This document shows positions 36,625-43,883 of a stretch of DNA of 57,397 nucleotides, piece after piece. The stretch is from positions 19,292 through 76,688 of the forward strand of contig DOZK01000020.1 in assembly GCA_003518045.1 (NCBI GenBank), in the 5' to 3' direction. A program made the translations under genes and the position numbers. Source of the DNA: Candidatus Nomurabacteria bacterium. Its GTDB lineage: Bacteria > Patescibacteriota > Minisyncoccia > Phycocordibacterales > UBA5272. The stretch's first letter is position 1; each line of letters starts with the position of its first letter. Below the pieces are notes generated by a model. It saw nothing but the letters and a program-made list of their open reading frames with translations. It did no database searches and had not been told where the DNA came from.

Positions 36625-37797
36625 ATGAAAGACAAAATCATTGAAAAATTAATTAAAGCAGAGGACGCAAGGCAGAAAAAAGTTATCAATTTAATTGCAT
36701 CAGAAAATTATGTTTCTGATGACGTACTTAAAGCACTCGGCTCCTCACTTACAAATAAATATTCAGAAGGTTATCCAGGACGAAGATATTATGGTGGAAA
36801 TGTATTGATTGACCAAGTGGAAAACATCGCACGTGAGCGCGCGCTTTCCCTCTTTAAATTAGACCCTAAGAAGTGGCATGTGAATGTACAGCCTCTTTCT
36901 GGCTCTCCTGCAAATTTCGCTGTCTACGCGGCTTTTGTGCCATTAGGTGGCAAAATAATGGGCCTCAAGCTCTCAAGTGGTGGACATTTAACTCATGGAC
37001 AGTCAGTTTCTATGACTGGGAAAATTTGGAAGCAAGTTCCATATTCTGTAGATGAAAAAACAGAAATGCTGAACTATAAAGAAATTGAAAAAATTGCGAT
37101 GGATGAAAAGCCAGATATTATTGTTGCTGGATTTACTGCATATCCAAGAGTGGTTGATTTCAAAAAATTTGCATCAATTGCAAAAAAAGTTGGCGCACTT
37201 TTGATGGTAGATATGTCCCACTTTGCTGGACTAGTTGCAGGGGAGGCATACCCAACTCCTTTCCCATATGCTGATGTTGTAACAACAACTGTTCATAAAA
37301 CACTTCGTGGTCCACGTGCGGCTATGATTTTTGTTCGCAGGGATAAACGTGAGATGGATAAGAAAATTGATAAGACAATTATTCCAGGACTTCAAGGTGG
37401 GCCACATAATAATCAAGTTGCAGCGGTAGCAATTGCTCTTAAAGAAGCTTCTACTCCAGCATTTAAAAAATATGCAAAGCAAGTTGTGAAAAACGCACAA
37501 GCCTTCGGTGTAGCACTTGAGAAAAAAGGTTGGCGAGTAATTACAGGTGGGACTGACTCACATTTACTTTTGGTTGATACTTGGGCAAATGGAAAAGGAT
37601 TATCTGGAAAAGAAGCGAGTGATAAATTAGAAGGTGCTGGAATTATTGTAAATATGAATACAATTCCACAAGACCCACGTGGCGTGATGGATCCGTCAGG
37701 TATTCGTGTAGGAACTGCAGCCGAGACAACTCGTGGTGCAAAAGAAAAAGATTTCGTGGAGATTGCAAATAAAATGGATAAGGTACTTCGTGGCTAA
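36625..37797 (+). CDS. glyA: serine hydroxymethyltransferase
   Basis: LIASENYVS, YSEGYPGRRYYGG, TTTVHKTLRGPR (PLP lysine). Confidence 0.95.
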   Translation: MKDKIIEKLIKAEDARQKKVINLIASENYVSDDVLKALGSSLTNKYSEGYPGRRYYGGNVLIDQVENIARERALSLFKLDPKKWHVNVQPLSGSPANFAVYAAFVPLGGKIMGLKLSSGGHLTHGQSVSMTGKIWKQVPYSVDEKTEMLNYKEIEKIAMDEKPDIIVAGFTAYPRVVDFKKFASIAKKVGALLMVDMSHFAGLVAGEAYPTPFPYADVVTTTVHKTLRGPRAAMIFVRRDKREMDKKIDKTIIPGLQGGPHNNQVAAVAIALKEASTPAFKKYAKQVVKNAQAFGVALEKKGWRVITGGTDSHLLLVDTWANGKGLSGKEASDKLEGAGIIVNMNTIPQDPRGVMDPSGIRVGTAAETTRGAKEKDFVEIANKMDKVLRG

Positions 37798-37800
37798 ATT

Positions 37801-38463
37801 ATGAAAGGAAAGTTTATTGTAATTGAAGGAACTGACGGCTCTGGAAAAGGGACGCAAGTGAAACTTTTAATTCAGCGTTTAAAAGCCGATGGTGTTCCTG
37901 TCGAAATGGTGGACTTTCCTCAATATGAAAATCCATCGAGCTATTTTGTTGCAAAATATTTACGTGGTGAATATGGTACAGCGGAAGACGTTGGTCCATA
38001 TCGTGCATCAATGTTTTACGCACTTGATAGATATGATAAATCTTTCGAAATTAAAAAATGGTTAGACGAAGGAATATATGTGATAGCCAATAGATATGTT
38101 TCTGCGAATATGGGGCATCAAGCCGGAAAGATTGACGACTCGGTGGAGCGCGATAAATATTTAGAGTGGCTTAATAATCTTGAATATAAAATTTTTGGAA
38201 TACCTGTGCCGGACCAAACTATTTTTCTATTTGTTCCACCAGAACTTGGACAAAAAATGGTAAATCATAAAAATGAGCGTAATTATACAAATGGAAAAAA
38301 GATGGATATACATGAGGCCGATATTACTCATTTGAAAAAGGCATCTGAGGCATATATTTATGTTGCAGAAAAATATGGCTGGAGAACTATTAATTGTTCA
38401 AAAGATGGAGTAATGTTGAGCCGTGAAGTTATTAATGAAGAAATATATAATGCGATTGCTTAA
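37801..38463 (+). CDS. tmk: thymidylate kinase
   Basis: P-loop FIVIEGTDGSGKGTQ and the DRY-type motif (ALDRYD). Confidence 0.88.
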   Translation: MKGKFIVIEGTDGSGKGTQVKLLIQRLKADGVPVEMVDFPQYENPSSYFVAKYLRGEYGTAEDVGPYRASMFYALDRYDKSFEIKKWLDEGIYVIANRYVSANMGHQAGKIDDSVERDKYLEWLNNLEYKIFGIPVPDQTIFLFVPPELGQKMVNHKNERNYTNGKKMDIHEADITHLKKASEAYIYVAEKYGWRTINCSKDGVMLSREVINEEIYNAIA

Positions 38464-38485
38464 TTACAAAACGCACCTTCTTGTA

Positions 38486-38548
38486 TGTCATCCTGATGAA
38501 AATCAGGATCCAGTGTCCACTGGATTCCAAATCAAGTTTGGAATGACA
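38486..38548. repeat. TGTCA multi-hairpin repeat, archetypal 63-nt three-hairpin unit (copy 5)
   Basis: TGTCA-[TCCTGAT gaaa ATCAGGA]-[TCCAGTG tc CACTGGA]-[TTCCAAA tcaag TTTGGAA]-TGACA. Three 7-bp hairpins are closed by a 5-bp stem. Confidence 0.85.
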
Positions 38549-38580
38549 CAAACACAAGTTTCCTGATTTAAAAAATATTT

Positions 38581-39003
38581 ATGTTTAAACTAAAAATTAA
38601 AATCTTAAATAAAGAGGCAAAGATACCAAGCTACGCCACAGCCGGGGATGTTGGATTGGACATGTATTCTCTCGAAGATAAAATAATGAAACCAGGCGAG
38701 CATCATATTTTCTTTGTTGGGTTTGCATTAGAGTTTCCAATTGGATATGGAGCTTTTGTGAAAGATAAGAGTGGTATCTCAAAAGCCGGGCTACATACTA
38801 TGGGTGGTGTATATGATGCAGGGTATCGCGGAGAATATAATGTTCATCTTGTAAATTTAAGCGACAAAGATTATGAGATAAAAAAGGGAAACAAAATTGC
38901 GCAACTAGTTATTTTGTCGGTAGAGCTTCCAGAAATTGAAATAGTTGATGAACTTTCAGAGTCAAAAAGAGGAGAGGGAAGGTTTGGGAGTACGGGGAAA
39001 TAG
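38581..39003 (+). CDS. dut: dUTP diphosphatase
   Basis: AGDVGLDMYS, GVYDAGYRGE, RGEGRFGSTG. Confidence 0.9.
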   Translation: MFKLKIKILNKEAKIPSYATAGDVGLDMYSLEDKIMKPGEHHIFFVGFALEFPIGYGAFVKDKSGISKAGLHTMGGVYDAGYRGEYNVHLVNLSDKDYEIKKGNKIAQLVILSVELPEIEIVDELSESKRGEGRFGSTGK

Positions 39004-39072
39004 TTATAAATTACAAAATAATACAAGCACGATTGTGAAGAATAGACTTGTCGTAGATAATTATTCTTAATA

Positions 39073-39612
39073 TTAAGAACGGTCGTTTATTTCTTGTTGA
39101 CTCTTTTTATATTTTTCAAATAAATCAACCAAAGTTAAAAACTCACCCAAGCATTCTCTCCTTTTCTTTAAGAATGTTATAGTAATTTCTGAAATAAAAA
39201 GATTTTCCAAGTCTAAATATTCTCCAGCTTCTTTGTATTTTTTTAGAATATCTTTTGCTTTATTTTTATTATAGCCTGCAGAATAAGCGTCTGAGTTATT
39301 CAAGGTATTTAATATTACACACTCTAAATACGGAGATATTTCAATTAAGGTGATTTTATTTTCTAAAGCCTTTAATCTCAACTCATCTGATATTTTAGGT
39401 GTGGCATCTACTACACAATATTTTTCGTATTCACCAAGTACATTAATACATTTTCGTAAAACTTCTTCAGCCGAGCCACCTTGCCCACCTTGGACTGAAA
39501 ACTGTCTGTTACAACCATAAGCAACTTTAATCGCATTAACAAAATACTTATCAGACACACCCTCACAATAAATTAATATCTGTGGGGTATAGATTTTTTT
39601 AGATATGCTCAT
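39073..39612 (-). CDS. RloB-like / TOPRIM-like small protein (partner of the ATPase)
   Basis: 179 aa. ILIYCEGVSDKYFVNAIK resembles the RloB N-terminal ilivcEGekTE.nYf motif, and there is a downstream acidic motif YCVVDAT. It lies 6 nt downstream of the ATPase gene. Confidence 0.5.
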   Translation of the reverse strand: MSISKKIYTPQILIYCEGVSDKYFVNAIKVAYGCNRQFSVQGGQGGSAEEVLRKCINVLGEYEKYCVVDATPKISDELRLKALENKITLIEISPYLECVILNTLNNSDAYSAGYNKNKAKDILKKYKEAGEYLDLENLFISEITITFLKKRRECLGEFLTLVDLFEKYKKSQQEINDRS

Positions 39613-39618
39613 AAATTA

Positions 39619-40824
39619 TTATAATTTAGGAACGCCACCGTAATAGCCAGAAATATACCTGTTGTAGAAATTTTCTCCATTTCTAACATCTGAGCCAAAA
39701 TCATCAAGTCTACTTAATTCGGTTGCCCCGTCATCATTTTTCTCAGCTATGAATATTTGGTATTTATCTAACATATTCATGACGCTATGTGAATGAGAGC
39801 TGAATAATAGTTGGGCATTATTGACGTTCTTTTCTTCGTCCAAAAAGAGACTAACTAGTTCTGTGACTATTCTCGGGTGAAGATATGCATCCAGTTCATC
39901 TATAATTACAGGTGTTCCCTTCTGAAGAGCTGAAACAATTAAACGTAAATGTCCAATTAGTTTCTGTGTCCCTCTCGATGCGTCAGCCATATCACTTTCA
40001 TAAATTTTTCCTTTGAAAATATGTTTTTCCTTACTACTTTTTAATGAAAATTGGTTTGGGGATATCTCTGTTTTTTCGATAAACACCTCTTCAAGGCCTA
40101 AGTCATATTTTCTTAGAATTTCCTCAACATTACCCTTTAATTTTTTATCATTATCTAAAGCTATTAAATCAACGATACCGTTACTGTCAAAATTCCATCC
40201 AATAGATGGAACATTTGTTGAAACATTCCTCCAGTAGTTAGTAAGCTCAACTAATAGGGGAATATTTAAGATTACACCAATACTAAAGATGCTAATGTCA
40301 CTTCTTTGGACAATATCAATTTCAGTCGGGAAACCTTTAAGATTTGATTTTATTAAATACTTAGCAAGCTCACCGCTAAACTCTCTAGAAAAGACAGTGG
40401 CCGTACCAGTTTTAATTGTCGCGTCCTTTGTTTGTTTTAGGATTTCACTTAAAATCTTATCTCTTGATAAAGAGATGTTATATTCGTATCTAGTATTATC
40501 TTTTTCAAAGACTATTTCAAAACTTGTGATTTCCTCACTATCAAAAAATTTTTTGTATAAGTTTTTGAAAGCAGTGTTTTCTTGTTTTAAGATTAAAGAT
40601 TGTAAGAACGCAAAAGCTTTGAGTATATTTGTTTTACCCGATGCATTTGCCCCAACCAGCATTCCTAATTTGGATACTCTATCTATAACAGAATTGGAAT
40701 ATCCAAAATTGTCAGGAGCCTGTTTGCCTACTGACAGATTAAGAACCTGCTCATTTTTTATTGAATAAAAATTACGTACTTTTAATGAAATTATCATATA
40801 TTTATTGTCGTGTAATTGTATCAA
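39619..40824 (-). CDS. AAA_21/ABC-type ATPase (AbiLi/RloA/AriA-like)
   Basis: Walker A GANASGKTNILKAFAF, Walker B/D-loop PVIIDELDAYLHP, and an H-loop region LLFSSHSHSV. The track start is TTG; an ATG at 40797 (MIISLKVRNFYSIK) is the more likely start. Confidence 0.7.
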   Translation of the reverse strand: MIQLHDNKYMIISLKVRNFYSIKNEQVLNLSVGKQAPDNFGYSNSVIDRVSKLGMLVGANASGKTNILKAFAFLQSLILKQENTAFKNLYKKFFDSEEITSFEIVFEKDNTRYEYNISLSRDKILSEILKQTKDATIKTGTATVFSREFSGELAKYLIKSNLKGFPTEIDIVQRSDISIFSIGVILNIPLLVELTNYWRNVSTNVPSIGWNFDSNGIVDLIALDNDKKLKGNVEEILRKYDLGLEEVFIEKTEISPNQFSLKSSKEKHIFKGKIYESDMADASRGTQKLIGHLRLIVSALQKGTPVIIDELDAYLHPRIVTELVSLFLDEEKNVNNAQLLFSSHSHSVMNMLDKYQIFIAEKNDDGATELSRLDDFGSDVRNGENFYNRYISGYYGGVPKL

Positions 40825-40939
40825 ATTATTATAAAAAAGTCAATTAATTGTAAAAACCATGTAACTTATTGACTTTTTTAGGTATATTTTATAACTTTTC
40901 TCTTAAATCTTGTGGATTATTTGTAGAGTTAAATTGAAA

Positions 40940-41788
40940 TTAATCTCGTAGATTATATGCTTGCAATAAATTTTCAAACAATGAAACAATAGTCATTGGT
41001 CCAACACCACCTGGTACTGGACTTATCGCATCTGCTTTTTCAGAAATTGATGATAATAAAACATCACCTGAAACTTTATTATCTTCTCCTACAGTTATTC
41101 CAACATCGACTATTACACAATTTTCTTTTATATATTCTTCTTTAATTAAATTAGGCTGACCGATAGCAACAATTAAAATATCAGCTGATTTCGTAATCGA
41201 AGCTAAATCTTTTGTGTGACTATGACAAATAGTTACAGTTGCGTTTCTATTTATGGAAGCAAGAGCCGTTGGTTTTCCAACAAGAGATGATCTGCCGACT
41301 ACCACAACATTTTTTCCATCGAGCGAGATATTATAATTAGAAAGTAAAGTAAAAATGCCTTTTGTAGTTGCAGGTAAAATTATTTCATTATTTTCATAAA
41401 CATGACGAAGATTAAATGAAGTCATTCCATCGACGTCTTTTTTAGGATCTATTGCATCTAATATTATCCAAGGACGAATAGTTTTAGGAAGAGGAAGCTG
41501 AACAATTATTCCATGTACCGAAGCATCACTGCTAAAGCTATTTATATTTTTAACTAAATCATTCTCTGTAATGTTATCTTCATATTGTGTGTGGGTAACA
41601 GTAGCTCCGACACGAGTGGCGAATAGTTTTTTGTATTGTATATATTTTGTAGAAGCAGGATTATTCCCTACTTGAATAATCACTAAATGTGGCTTAGTAG
41701 AAAGCTCGGAGATTTTTGTTGAAAGAATTTGTTCATGTTCCTTTGCAACTTCAGTCCCGTTTAATATTGTGAGAGGTTTGTTATTCAT
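40940..41788 (-). CDS. folD: bifunctional methylenetetrahydrofolate dehydrogenase/cyclohydrolase
   Basis: VQVGNNPAS..Y...K, VVVGRSSLVGKP.A, PVPGGVGPMT. Confidence 0.9.
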   Translation of the reverse strand: MNNKPLTILNGTEVAKEHEQILSTKISELSTKPHLVIIQVGNNPASTKYIQYKKLFATRVGATVTHTQYEDNITENDLVKNINSFSSDASVHGIIVQLPLPKTIRPWIILDAIDPKKDVDGMTSFNLRHVYENNEIILPATTKGIFTLLSNYNISLDGKNVVVVGRSSLVGKPTALASINRNATVTICHSHTKDLASITKSADILIVAIGQPNLIKEEYIKENCVIVDVGITVGEDNKVSGDVLLSSISEKADAISPVPGGVGPMTIVSLFENLLQAYNLRD

Positions 41789-41860
41789 ATTGCCAACAAT
41801 AACACAAAAGATTGTATTTGATAAGTTCGTTTTTCATAAAAAATGCGTTAGTATAGAGAT

Positions 41861-43576
41861 ATGAATTCCTACAAAGATATATTTGAAGTGCTTAAAAGTA
41901 AGGTAAGTGAGGGTGCTGTCTTTTCTTTATCTCAACCAGAAGATGCTCTGCATGGTGATTTTGCAACGAATATTTCTTTTATTCTTGCGAAAGACAAAGG
42001 TGGCTCTCCAAAATCTGTAGCTGAAGAATTGGTACCCGTTTTACAAGAAGAACTAATTGATATTGTAGAAAAGATAGAAGTAGCTGGTCCGGGGTTTATT
42101 AATTTCTTTTTGAAAGATGAAATTAGAACAGATGAAGTCAAAGAATTAGCAGAAGGGGCTGTTGTAATTTCTGAAAATAAAGGAAAGGTAATGGTGGAAT
42201 ATACTGACCCAAATTGTTTTAAAGTTTTTCATATTGGACACTTGATGGCAAATGCAATAGGGGAAGCAACTGCAAGATTATATGAGGCAAGTGGTTATGA
42301 TGTCATGAGAGTTTGTTATCCATCAGATATTGGTAGAAATGTTGCTATGGGTGTTTGGGGTGTAATGCAAAAAGAAAATGAAAAACCAAAAGCTGATGCA
42401 GAACTTAAAGATAAGATTTCCTTTTTGGGAATGTGTTATGCCTTTGCAAATGGTGAATTTGAAAGTAATGAAAAATCAAAAGCATCCATTGCAGAAGTTA
42501 ATAAAGCAATTTACGAAGGAACTGACCTGCCTACCGGCGAGGCAGGCGTAAAAGTTATGGAAGTGTATGCGGAGGGGAGAGCCTTATCATTAGAATATTT
42601 TGATAAACTTTATGAAAAATTAGGAACGACTTTTGATAAAACTATTTTTGAATCTGAAGTTGCAGAACCTGGGGCAGAAATTGTAAAAGCAAATATGGGA
42701 AAAATATTTGAAGAGTCAGATGGTGCTGTTGTTTATAAAGGGGAGCAAGATGGATTACATACGAGAGTATTTTTAACAACACAAGGACTTCCAACATATG
42801 AAGCAAAAGAGTTAGGAAATTATGAAAAGAAATTAGAGAGTTTACCCGAGGCTTCTTTTTATGTAGTTATTACTGCGAATGAACAAAATGAATATTTTAA
42901 AGTTGTAAATAAAGTTACACAAAAAATTCATCCAGAATTAACAGATAAACTTGTACATATTGGACACGGCATGATGAGACTACCATCGGGAAAGATGGCA
43001 TCACGAACTGGAAATGTTATTGGAGCGGAAGATTTGCTAGATATGATTACTGAAAAGCTAAAAGAAAAATTGGCTGATAAAGTTGTAGCATTTTCGGATA
43101 GCACACAATTATTAAATGATATTGCGGTTGGTGCGATAAAGTTTTCTATTTTAAAACAAGCCCCAGGCGGAGATATTGTTTTTGATTTTGATAAATCAAT
43201 TTCTTTTGAAGGGGACTCAGGGCCATATTTGCAATATACTCACGCGAGAATTTGTACGCTTTTAGAAAAGGCGAAAGAAGCAGATATAAATACAGAATCT
43301 TATGTTGTCGAAAATCCTGAAAGAGAATTAGAGCAAGTTTTAATTGGTTACAGGCAGACGCTCGAAAAATCTTTTAAAGATTTAGGTCCGCATCATATTG
43401 TTCAATATTTACTTTCACTTACAAGAGCATTCAATGCTATGTACGGACGTACACAAATTGTTGATGTGAATAATAAAGAGAAGAGTGCTTATTATGTGAT
43501 GCTTGCAACTGCTACACAAAAGATTTTAGCTCATGGTTTGCATACGTTAGGAATTAAAGCCCCAGAGAGAATGTGA
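41861..43576 (+). CDS. argS: arginine--tRNA ligase
   Basis: 571 aa. EYTDPNCFKVFHIGHL (HIGH-type), a DALR anticodon-binding C-terminus (GAIKFSILK...) and a terminal ...ERM. Confidence 0.9.
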   Translation: MNSYKDIFEVLKSKVSEGAVFSLSQPEDALHGDFATNISFILAKDKGGSPKSVAEELVPVLQEELIDIVEKIEVAGPGFINFFLKDEIRTDEVKELAEGAVVISENKGKVMVEYTDPNCFKVFHIGHLMANAIGEATARLYEASGYDVMRVCYPSDIGRNVAMGVWGVMQKENEKPKADAELKDKISFLGMCYAFANGEFESNEKSKASIAEVNKAIYEGTDLPTGEAGVKVMEVYAEGRALSLEYFDKLYEKLGTTFDKTIFESEVAEPGAEIVKANMGKIFEESDGAVVYKGEQDGLHTRVFLTTQGLPTYEAKELGNYEKKLESLPEASFYVVITANEQNEYFKVVNKVTQKIHPELTDKLVHIGHGMMRLPSGKMASRTGNVIGAEDLLDMITEKLKEKLADKVVAFSDSTQLLNDIAVGAIKFSILKQAPGGDIVFDFDKSISFEGDSGPYLQYTHARICTLLEKAKEADINTESYVVENPERELEQVLIGYRQTLEKSFKDLGPHHIVQYLLSLTRAFNAMYGRTQIVDVNNKEKSAYYVMLATATQKILAHGLHTLGIKAPERM

Positions 43577-43689
43577 TTTCTCGCCAGGGACAAAGAGCGA
43601 GAAATAATCCAGCCACACTGTGTGTGGCTGGGTAAATTTTGTATTTTTGAAAATTGGAAATTGATAATTGAAAATTTTGTAATTCCGTT

Positions 43690-43876
43690 GTATTATAAAG
43701 ATATAGCATCGACGGGACTAATCACCCCAGAGCACGGGAAGAAATCCGCAAGGAAAGTAGAACCCATTTAACGAGGGGATAGAAATATCCTGAATACAAG
43801 GTGGTACCACGAATTAAAAAATCGTCCTTGGAAAACAATAATCAAAAAGTATTGTTTTCTGTGGACGATTTTTTAT
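43690..43876 (+). promoter_or_regulatory. T-box leader upstream of ileS
   Basis: Conserved T-box core acaaGGTGGTACCACGaa at 43796-43813. It is immediately followed by the terminator AAAAATCGTCC...GGACGATTTTTT (43816-43874). ATC (Ile) triplets lie upstream at 43721-43723 (ctaATCAcc) and 43744-43746. Confidence 0.7.
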
Positions 43877-43883
43877 ATAATTT

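Noticed and set aside
40289-40768. 159-aa plus-strand ORF (also 40013-40237) inside the ATPase gene
   Set aside because: It is antisense to a CDS with clear Walker A and B motifs, and has no motifs of its own.
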